Assembly (NCBI GenBank): GCA_964583375.1
Contig: CAZOWC010000001.1
Location: 1 to 32,504 of the forward strand
DNA from: an uncultured Flavobacteriaceae bacterium
GTDB lineage: Bacteria; Bacteroidota; Bacteroidia; Flavobacteriales; Flavobacteriaceae
Length of the DNA: 32,504 nucleotides
Direction of reading: 5' to 3'
The notes under the pieces were generated by a model. The model was not told the origin of the DNA and made no database searches. It worked only from the letters and a program-made list of their open reading frames with translations. Positions within the stretch are counted from its first letter, which is position 1, and the number at the start of each line of letters is the position of its first letter. Positions 17,990 to 25,250 of the stretch are shown piece after piece. Both the position numbers and the translations under genes were made by a program.

Positions 17990-18682
17990 TTATTTTTTCG
18001 AATTTTGAATTTCTTCTACAAAAGATGCACTTATAATCCCAGTAGGAATAGCGACTATTCCGATTCCAACCAAAGAGATTACTGCTGCAAAAACCTTTCC
18101 CCAAAGGGTTACGGGCACTACATCACCATAACCTACAGTCGCAAGAGAAACAGTTGCCCACCAAATGGATGCAGTGATACTGGAAAAGATTTCCGGCTGG
18201 GCTTTATTCTCTAAAAAATATATGGCTGAGGCTGAAAAAAGAATGGTCAATACAGACAGAAATAGTGTAAATTTTAATTCATTTTTTACTGCTGAAAGCG
18301 CTTTAATAAATAATTTAAGTGACTTACTTTCCCGACCTAATTTGAATACACGAGTCAATCTAAATAAACGAAGTATTCTAAAGAAACGACCGTCTAATAA
18401 AACAAATTGTTTTAGATAAAACGGGAGTATAGAGATAAGATCAATGATTCCAAAAAAACTAAACATATAGCTCTTTACACCAGTCCATTTATTTTCGCGA
18501 TAACTTAAACTGATTCGATACAGGTATTCAAAAGAAAAAATCACGATGGAAACCAACTCAAAATAATGGAAGAAATATGAGAATTGTACTTGAATGAATT
18601 GATGAGACTCCAAAACCATTGCAATAATGTTTCCAATGATCAAGGAATATATAAAGGTGTCAAAGCGATTGAATTTTTTCAT
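17990..18682 (-). CDS. voltage-sensor-containing (6-TM, Kv-like) potassium channel
   Basis: K+ selectivity filter TVGYGD. The S4-like segment RFFRILRLFRLTRVFKLGR carries a basic residue at every third position. About six hydrophobic segments are present. Confidence 0.85.
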   Translation of the reverse strand: MKKFNRFDTFIYSLIIGNIIAMVLESHQFIQVQFSYFFHYFELVSIVIFSFEYLYRISLSYRENKWTGVKSYMFSFFGIIDLISILPFYLKQFVLLDGRFFRILRLFRLTRVFKLGRESKSLKLFIKALSAVKNELKFTLFLSVLTILFSASAIYFLENKAQPEIFSSITASIWWATVSLATVGYGDVVPVTLWGKVFAAVISLVGIGIVAIPTGIISASFVEEIQNSKK

Positions 18683-18745
18683 TTTGTATTTGTTTTTAAA
18701 ATTACAATATTTTTTTGCTTGCTATATAAATAATATGATTATTGA

Positions 18746-18766
18746 TTGTAATTAATTGAATTACAA
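18746..18766. promoter_or_regulatory. palindrome TTGTAATT-N5-AATTACAA in the divergent K-channel/carotenoid promoter region (candidate operator)
   Basis: Perfect 8-bp inverted repeat. Further TTACAA half-sites occur at 18701-18706 and 18794-18799. Confidence 0.25.
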
Positions 18767-18896
18767 ATAGATAATAATATAAATTAAGTTTTTTTACAAT
18801 TGCTATTTTGTTATAAAATAAAAAATAGTTTCAAAATAGCATTTTGTATAACCTTTTTTACTTATCTTTAAACAAGTTTAAATTCAATTTGGTTTC

Positions 18897-18966
18897 AAAC
18901 GTCTCTGTTAGATTACTTCCATAAGTTAAATTCTAAAATCCAAAGCAGAGACGTTTTTCTTTTTTA
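18897..18966 (+). ncRNA. orphan extended hairpin plus U-tract (candidate ~70-nt sRNA or attenuator)
   Basis: AAACGTCTCTG (18897-18907) pairs with CAGAGACGTTT (18946-18956). The 38-nt interior can pair further (TTAGA/TCTAA, ACTT/AAGT). TTCTTTTTT follows. A -7-like box TCAATTTG (18884-18891) sits 5 nt upstream. Confidence 0.3.
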
Positions 18967-19031
18967 AATAAGCCCCGACTCCTTCAAATTTGATCTATCT
19001 TAGTTACTCAGCAATTGCACCAATTAAACTC

Positions 19032-19721
19032 ATGCCTGCAGTTACAACTTTAACTTTATTTACTTTCAAGAAGAATAAATTCTGGGCTTTTAAGCAGATG
19101 GGAATCGCAGCAAGTAAACTAAAAAGTGTAGAAGGACTCCGTTTCTATAAATTTTTAGGAACTGGAGGGGGGAATGGCTTTAGTTTAACTCCTGACTTTT
19201 CTACTTATGCTTTTTTAGGGGTATGGGACAACATCTCTCAATACAATAGCTGTTTGAATGAGCATCCTGTTTTTCTTGAATATATCGAAAAAGCCAGCTC
19301 CCAAAGAGAATTGGTTTTAAGCCCTGTAAATAGCCACGGTAAGTGGAGTGGTTCAAATCCTTTTAAGACTCAGGAAGAATCTAAAGCAAACTTTAAAGAT
19401 TCTAATCTTAAAGCAGTTGTAATCACTAGAGCTACCCTTAGATGGAACCGTTTGCTTTCTTTTTGGAAAGCTGTACCCAAAGCTAGCCGAGCAATTATAA
19501 ATGCTCAGGGGGTTTCCTACTTTAAAGGGATAGGAGAATTACCTTTTATTCAACAAGCTACAGTTAGTATTTGGGAGAGTTTTGATGCGGTAAATACTTT
19601 TGCTTATAAGGGAAAAGAACATGCTACTATTGTAAAAGAAACCAAACAAAAGAAGTGGTATAAGGAAGATTTATTTTCAAGATTTTTTTTAATTTCTGAC
19701 ACAACGATTAAACTTAATTAA
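19032..19721 (+). CDS. crtA: CrtA-family (spheroidene monooxygenase-like) protein, probably a carotenoid 2'-hydroxylase of the myxol pathway
   Basis: MPAVTTLTLFTFKKNKFWAFKQMG...FYKFLGTGGGNGFSLTPDFSTYAFLGVW...ATVSIWES resembles the CrtA family as I recall it. Its stop overlaps the crtD start (TAATG). The ORF track starts at TTG 18990. Confidence 0.65.
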   Translation: MPAVTTLTLFTFKKNKFWAFKQMGIAASKLKSVEGLRFYKFLGTGGGNGFSLTPDFSTYAFLGVWDNISQYNSCLNEHPVFLEYIEKASSQRELVLSPVNSHGKWSGSNPFKTQEESKANFKDSNLKAVVITRATLRWNRLLSFWKAVPKASRAIINAQGVSYFKGIGELPFIQQATVSIWESFDAVNTFAYKGKEHATIVKETKQKKWYKEDLFSRFFLISDTTIKLN

Positions 19722-21190
19722 TGAAACAAGCTGTTGTTATAGGTTCAGGTATTGCAGGTTTGGCATCCAGTATTCGTTTGGCCATTAAAGGCTATGATGT
19801 AAACGTTTTTGAGGCCAATTCCTATCCCGGAGGTAAACTTTCTGCTTTTGAACTGGAAGGATATCGCTTTGATGCTGGTCCCTCCTTGTTTACCATGCCT
19901 CATTTTGTAACTGAACTTTTTGAAATTGCGGGCGAGAAAGCCAAAACTCATTTCAATTACAAAAAAAAGGAGGTTGCATGTAATTATTTTTGGTCGGATC
20001 AGAAAACTTTTAAAGCCTATGCCGATCGTGATAAGTTTTACGATGAAATTGAAAAGGTATTTGACGAGCCAAAAGCAAAAGTGAAACGCTATCTTGACAA
20101 AGCGCAAAAAAAATACGACCTTACCCATTCTCTTTTTTTAGAAAAATCGTTACATAAATTACAAACCTATCTTTCTGTAGCAACATTAAAATCGCTTGTT
20201 AATCTTCAAATTTTAGAATTACCCAAAACACTTCATCAAGCCAACCAACAAGCCTTCGATTCAGCGCAGCTAATTCAGCTTTTTGATCGATATGCTACTT
20301 ACAATGGATCGGATCCCTTTCAAACTTCAGGTATTATGACTTTGATACAACATTTAGAAGGGCATTATGGAACATTTGTTCCAACCAAAGGAATGGTTTC
20401 TATTACAGAATCACTTTATCGTTTGGCTTTAAAATTGGGAGTGGAGTTTAGTTTCAATTCCAAGGTGGAAGAAATTATAATTGACTCAGATAGAATTCAT
20501 GGTGTCCAAACCTCTCTAGGATTTCAAAGTGCGGATTTGGTTGTCTCCAATATGGATATTTTCCCAACCTATAAAAAATTATTACCGCATTCAAAACCAC
20601 CGACAAAGATTCTTAACCAAGAACGTTCCAGCTCAGCAGTTATCTTTTATTGGGGAATCCAAAAGTCTTTTGATAAGTTGGAATTACACAACATCTTTTT
20701 TTCAGATGATTATAAAAGAGAATTTGAAGCAATTTTTAAAGAGCAAACTGTATGTAACGACCCTACGATTTACATTAATATTACATCAAAAGACGTGCCT
20801 ACGGATTCGCCCAAAGGTTGTGAAAACTGGTTTGTGATGATCAATACTCCTGCGGATCACGGTCAGGACTGGGACAGTTTGGTTTTCCGATTGCGTAAAC
20901 AGGTTTTAAAAAAACTTTCTAAGGAGCTCAAGACACCTGTAGAACCTTTGATAGCTTGTGAAGAGATCCTAACCCCGCCCTTAATTCAAGAGAAAACACA
21001 ATCCCATTTAGGAGCTTTATATGGAGCGTCAAGCAATAATCCAATGGCAGCTTTTTTACGCCACCCGAATTTTTCCAATCGCATTAAAAATTTATATTTT
21101 TGCGGAGGCAGTGTACATCCTGGTGGAGGAATTCCACTCTGTCTGCTCTCAGCTAAAATAGTTGATGAATTGATACCCAAAGCGAGTTAA
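19721..21190 (+). CDS. crtD: CrtD-type carotenoid desaturase (1-hydroxycarotenoid 3,4-desaturase)
   Basis: MKQAVVIGSGIAGLASSIRLAIKGYDVNVFEANSYPGGKL...FDAGPSLFTMP. It belongs to the phytoene desaturase superfamily but is distinct from the CrtI paralogue at 15685-17148. Confidence 0.78.
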   Translation: MKQAVVIGSGIAGLASSIRLAIKGYDVNVFEANSYPGGKLSAFELEGYRFDAGPSLFTMPHFVTELFEIAGEKAKTHFNYKKKEVACNYFWSDQKTFKAYADRDKFYDEIEKVFDEPKAKVKRYLDKAQKKYDLTHSLFLEKSLHKLQTYLSVATLKSLVNLQILELPKTLHQANQQAFDSAQLIQLFDRYATYNGSDPFQTSGIMTLIQHLEGHYGTFVPTKGMVSITESLYRLALKLGVEFSFNSKVEEIIIDSDRIHGVQTSLGFQSADLVVSNMDIFPTYKKLLPHSKPPTKILNQERSSSAVIFYWGIQKSFDKLELHNIFFSDDYKREFEAIFKEQTVCNDPTIYINITSKDVPTDSPKGCENWFVMINTPADHGQDWDSLVFRLRKQVLKKLSKELKTPVEPLIACEEILTPPLIQEKTQSHLGALYGASSNNPMAAFLRHPNFSNRIKNLYFCGGSVHPGGGIPLCLLSAKIVDELIPKAS

Positions 21191-21843
21191 TGAATTATTT
21201 AGGGCTTTTTACAAAACAAAATACATCCATCTTCTTGATTTGGTTATTTCACGTATCAGGAATGGTTGGAATTATTTACAGTGATGCCTCCTGGTTTATA
21301 GGTGCAACTCCCGTTAATCTTCTGCTGAGCTTTATGTTGCTTTTAGCCAATACTCAACTGAATAAGCGTTTAGTTTTTTTGTTGTTAAGTTGTTTTATAA
21401 TAGGAATGGCTGCAGAGATTTTAGGTGTTCGTTACGGTTTTATTTTTGGAGAATACGCCTATGGAGCAGTTTTGGGTTTAAAGTTTATGGAAGTTCCCTT
21501 ACTCATTGGGATCAATTGGTGTATTTTAATTTTTATCACTGGAAATATTGCCCAATTTTTTTCGGATTCATTTTGGATCAAGACTTTTGTAGGTGTAGCA
21601 CTATTGTTGGCTTTGGACATGGTAATAGAACCTGTAGCACCTGTATTAGATTTTTGGACTTTTGCTGACGGACTTGCCTCCTTCCACAACTATTTGGGCT
21701 GGGCATTGGTTGGACTTCCTTTGCAAATGGCTTTTCACAAATGGGAAATTACATTTGAAGGATTTTATACTTTTCATCTTTACATACTTCAATTCTTATT
21801 CTTTACCATACTTTTGATTAAAATTAATTCAATAGGCATTTAA
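21190..21843 (+). CDS. cruF: membrane carotenoid biosynthesis protein (CruF-like carotenoid 1,2-hydratase family)
   Basis: 217 aa and polytopic (about 6-7 hydrophobic segments). It is coupled to crtD by a TAATG overlap. The family call rests on operon context plus recalled similarity. Confidence 0.65.
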   Translation: MNYLGLFTKQNTSIFLIWLFHVSGMVGIIYSDASWFIGATPVNLLLSFMLLLANTQLNKRLVFLLLSCFIIGMAAEILGVRYGFIFGEYAYGAVLGLKFMEVPLLIGINWCILIFITGNIAQFFSDSFWIKTFVGVALLLALDMVIEPVAPVLDFWTFADGLASFHNYLGWALVGLPLQMAFHKWEITFEGFYTFHLYILQFLFFTILLIKINSIGI

Positions 21844-22386
21844 ATGAATCAGTTGCCTTATTTCCAAACTGTTCTTTTACTATTTATCATCACCTACACT
21901 GGCTGTAATGATAATAAAACTGAAACTGGACTGACTTCTAAGGATACTATAGAAATCGATTTGACTCATTCAAATAAAACTAGCTTAAATTTAATCGATT
22001 ACCCCGAAGAATTTTTACAGGCTAATGAATTGGAAGAGTGGGAAGGGTTTGAAAATCTTCACGAGTCCATGGAACGTTTAAAAGAGCTCAATTTTGATGG
22101 GGTTGAGGTTGATTTGATTGCACTCTCCACGCGAGTAAAGAGCTTGAGATCAGGCCCCCTACCGCAAAAGCTGGAGGTTCCTCAAATCATCAGTCGGTTA
22201 AAAGTGGTTGAAATGCAAGTTCAAAAAGCACGCTACTTTACACAACATTATAAAAAAGATTCACTAATTCCTGCACTAAATTTACTTTACGATTATTACA
22301 ATTACTTTGTTTCTAGAATGGTTTCTTTACAAAATGAAGATCAAGACTTTGAAACAGGCTTAGAAACCACCACTTTAGATCAGTAG
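21844..22386 (+). CDS. predicted lipoprotein, function unknown
   Basis: Signal peptide with lipobox IITYTG|C. Its ATG directly abuts the cruF TAA (21841-21846 reads TAAATG). Confidence 0.6.
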   Translation: MNQLPYFQTVLLLFIITYTGCNDNKTETGLTSKDTIEIDLTHSNKTSLNLIDYPEEFLQANELEEWEGFENLHESMERLKELNFDGVEVDLIALSTRVKSLRSGPLPQKLEVPQIISRLKVVEMQVQKARYFTQHYKKDSLIPALNLLYDYYNYFVSRMVSLQNEDQDFETGLETTTLDQ

Positions 22387-22826
22387 GAATTACTGCTTTT
22401 AAGACCAAAAGTGGAGACCCATTCTTTATTTTGAGAAATGGCATCCTCCAAGTGATTTGTATGGTGTTTAAAACTGTTGCTTTTGTCACTCAGATCTTCC
22501 AATTCAGCATAAATACTCAAAAGGGTTTCATCTGCATTAACATACTTTTCAATTGCAGAAGTTTTAAGGGTATCAATCGAAGATATTAACAATTGATCAA
22601 AATTAAATCGATTCAATACCAAGTCGTCCGTTGACATTCCAAGCTTTTGTAATTCTCGTAAAACGTCTTGAAAAAAGCGATTTCTTAATAAGCCTTGCTG
22701 ATTGTAAAACCGTTTTTTTTCAGGATGAATAGCATGGTCAGATGCCTTAAAATACTCAAGTTTTGAGTTTTTTAAGTGCGTTAGAAGTTTTTCTAACACT
22801 GCGATATATCTATTTTGTCTTGACAT
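22380..22826 (-). CDS. hypothetical helical protein, possibly a PA2169/DUF2383-like four-helix bundle
   Basis: 148 aa and predicted all-helical. The loose pattern L..LL....E.F..A.......K.F......R..F...L matches recalled DUF2383 members. The functional call is weak. Confidence 0.45.
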   Translation of the reverse strand: MSRQNRYIAVLEKLLTHLKNSKLEYFKASDHAIHPEKKRFYNQQGLLRNRFFQDVLRELQKLGMSTDDLVLNRFNFDQLLISSIDTLKTSAIEKYVNADETLLSIYAELEDLSDKSNSFKHHTNHLEDAISQNKEWVSTFGLKSSNSY

Positions 22827-22884
22827 AATTTTTACCTATATCAAATTAATCAAATCATTAAGCAGAAAAGGAAAAGGGCTGATT

Positions 22885-23679
22885 TTATATTAACAAATTA
22901 TTAACTTGATATTGAAAGTCTGTTTCCTCTTCAATTTTTGAAGCATTAATCCATCGTTTCAATACAGTGCCCTGAGTTTCAAATTTTGGAGTGGGGAGAT
23001 GGTATTTTCTTGCAATAAAAGTGTAGTAGTCTTCCCTGATGGGGTGATGGGGACTTACGAGGTTAAATACTCCACTGAGCCCCGGTTTGGAGAGTAATTT
23101 TTCAATGCCTCCTATGGCGTCTTTTTGGTGAATAAAATTGATGTGTCCTTTTGGATTAGAAATCACTCTATTCCTTAACTGAAAAATGGGGTTACGTTTA
23201 TTGCCCACCAATCCGCCCAATCGAACAACTACTCCAGATTTTTTAGATCTTAGGACTGCATCTTCAGCAATTAAAAGTTCTTCAGAGGCTGAGGTTTGAG
23301 GATCAGGAATGCTGTTTTCATCAAATCTTCCTGATTTTTTTCCGTAGATAGAAGTACTACTGAGCAATAATATTTTACAGTTTGAGTTTGATTCAAGGTA
23401 GTAAATGAGTTGATTTATTTTCGTTCCATAGGTTGAAACTGTATTTCGTTTCGGAGGAATTGAAACGATAAGTTGATCCAAATTATCAAAAAAAGACAAT
23501 TCACCTTGCGGTCCCGCTTCAGTAACCAATACGCAAAAACTATTCAACCCTTGTTGTTTTAGCTCTAGAGCTCCTTCACCTGAAGTTCTGGAGGCTTTTA
23601 TAACCCAATTTTGAGCATTTAAGCTCGAAGCAAGTTGCGTACCTAACCATCCACAGCCCAAAATACCTATGCGTTTCAA
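22885..23679 (-). CDS. NAD(P)-binding Rossmann-fold protein (SDR/epimerase-like)
   Basis: TTG start. MKRIGILGCGWLG is a glycine-rich dinucleotide-binding motif. 264 aa. Confidence 0.65.
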   Translation of the reverse strand: MKRIGILGCGWLGTQLASSLNAQNWVIKASRTSGEGALELKQQGLNSFCVLVTEAGPQGELSFFDNLDQLIVSIPPKRNTVSTYGTKINQLIYYLESNSNCKILLLSSTSIYGKKSGRFDENSIPDPQTSASEELLIAEDAVLRSKKSGVVVRLGGLVGNKRNPIFQLRNRVISNPKGHINFIHQKDAIGGIEKLLSKPGLSGVFNLVSPHHPIREDYYTFIARKYHLPTPKFETQGTVLKRWINASKIEEETDFQYQVNNLLI

Positions 23680-23793
23680 CTTTCTATTTTTACAATATTA
23701 CAGATATATTTTGTTTGATAGACCTCATTTTAGGGGCTGTTTTAAAAATTCAATAAAAAAATGTAACTTGAAAGGACCTAAAAACTAAAAGTT

Positions 23794-24261
23794 ATGCCAG
23801 TAAAAAGTTTTCAAGGAGAAAGAGCTAAAAAAGTCAAGGTCACTCCCGGTAAGTTAACCGTTGCAGACATCATGACTAGTCAATTGGTTATTTTTACACC
23901 TGAACAATCCATTCATGAGGTGATGAGAGCCTTCATTAAGCACCGAATTTCAGGAGGTCCGGTAGTGGATGAATCTGGAAAGCTGGTTGGAGTAATTTCA
24001 GAAGCAGATTGTATGAAGGAAATATCAGAAAGTCGCTATTTTAATCTTCCTATTTTAGACAAATCGGTTGCCCATTTTATGACAAAGGAAGTAGATACTA
24101 TAGCTGCAAGGACTAGCGTTTTTGATGCTGCTTCATTATTTTCAAAAAGTAGTAGAAGACGCTATCCCGTAATGGAAAATAAACGTTTGGTTGGCCAGGT
24201 AAGCCGTAAGGATATTGTAATTGCAGCATTGGAAATGAAAAGCCAAACTTGGCGCTCCTAA
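23794..24261 (+). CDS. CBS-domain pair protein
   Basis: 155 aa with two CBS-like repeats (VADIMTSQLVIFTPEQSIHEVMRAFIKHRISGGPVVDESGKLVGVISEAD and HFMTKEVDTIAARTSVFDAASLF...RRYPVMENKRLVGQVSRKDI). Confidence 0.85.
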   Translation: MPVKSFQGERAKKVKVTPGKLTVADIMTSQLVIFTPEQSIHEVMRAFIKHRISGGPVVDESGKLVGVISEADCMKEISESRYFNLPILDKSVAHFMTKEVDTIAARTSVFDAASLFSKSSRRRYPVMENKRLVGQVSRKDIVIAALEMKSQTWRS

Positions 24262-25250
24262 AAGTAGAGTTTAGCAGCTTCACGGTAAGTATTTGCATGA
24301 GCCTCTACGATGATGTTAATGTCTTTAGAATAGCCACCACCCATGCTACATTGCAGTGGTATTCCCCTGTGCTTACAAGTTTCAAACACCAATCGATCTC
24401 GTGATCTACAGCCTTCAAGGCTCAAGTTAAGTCGGCCCAATTTATCCGTCCCTAAAATATCGACACCACAGAGGTAAAATATGAAATCCGGTTGGATTTG
24501 ATCGAGTAATAGAGGGAATAGTTTTTTAAGCTTTGCTAAATAGTCTTTATCTTCTGTTTGATCTTCAAGACCAATATCAAGATCACTTTTCTCTTTCCGG
24601 AAAGGATAATTTTTTTCTCCGTGTACTGAACAGGTGTAGATAGAAGTATTGTTTTTAAAAATGGCAGCGGTTCCATTACCCTGATGGACATCTAAATCTA
24701 AAATCAAAATTTGTTTGGCCTTGTTGGTATCAATCAGATATTGTGCTGCTATAGCCTGATCGTTTAAAAGACAAAAGGCCTCACCGTGAGAAGGGAAAGC
24801 ATGATGTGTACCCCCAGCGATATTCATAGCTATTCCCGTTTCCAGCGCTTTTTCAGACCCTGAAATTGTCCCGCCTGCTATGATAAATTCGCGTTCTACT
24901 AAATCCTTACTCAATGGGAATCCGATTTTTCGAACCTCACTTCTGGTTAATTCTAATTTTGATAATTGGGCGACATAGTTGGTGTCATGAACGCGAATTA
25001 CCTGCTCTAGAGTAGCTGGTATAGGTTCAAAAAAATCTTCTTTTTTACAGGTTCCTTCCAGAATAAGTTGTTGGGGTAGCAACTCGTATTTTTCCATAGG
25101 GAAGCGGTGATTTTCAGGTAATGGTAGCCTGTAGATGGGATGATATGCAATGGGTATAGTACTGATAGACTTACTATTTAATTCGAGTACCAGCCACTGT
25201 AGTTTGGTCCTCAGGAACAACAAAAACAAAATGACCACCCTGGTTTTCAC
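24258..25250 (-). CDS. histone deacetylase-family (class II/AcuC-like) protein; the true start is probably near 25157
   Basis: IAYHPIY...[11 protein letters not shown]...[19 protein letters not shown]...DLDVHQGNG are the deacetylase motifs. The maximal ORF (GTG 25250) overlaps metG by 77 nt and adds a hydrophobic 31-aa extension that is not homologous. Confidence 0.85.
   Translation of the reverse strand: MKTRVVILFLLFLRTKLQWLVLELNSKSISTIPIAYHPIYRLPLPENHRFPMEKYELLPQQLILEGTCKKEDFFEPIPATLEQVIRVHDTNYVAQLSKLELTRSEVRKIGFPLSKDLVEREFIIAGGTISGSEKALETGIAMNIAGGTHHAFPSHGEAFCLLNDQAIAAQYLIDTNKAKQILILDLDVHQGNGTAAIFKNNTSIYTCSVHGEKNYPFRKEKSDLDIGLEDQTEDKDYLAKLKKLFPLLLDQIQPDFIFYLCGVDILGTDKLGRLNLSLEGCRSRDRLVFETCKHRGIPLQCSMGGGYSKDINIIVEAHANTYREAAKLYF

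Noticed and set aside
19745-20128. A long antisense ORF (127 aa) opposite crtD. Similar antisense or out-of-frame ORFs occur at 2141-2332, 2844-3176, 2971-3198, 3681-3884, 3894-4079, 5871-6098, 8953-9153, 10141-10374, 10758-10949, 12180-12377, 14743-15072, 16056-16340, 17177-17380, 17626-17811, 18005-18419, 20529-20837, 20986-21180, 21390-21689, 24113-24298, 25421-25888, 26247-26630, 29152-30788, 31792-32004 and 32219-32410.
   Set aside because: All lie entirely within genes that have strong family motifs, either on the opposite strand or in another frame. Their translations are low-complexity or hydrophobic with no recognisable motifs. I treat them as shadow ORFs.
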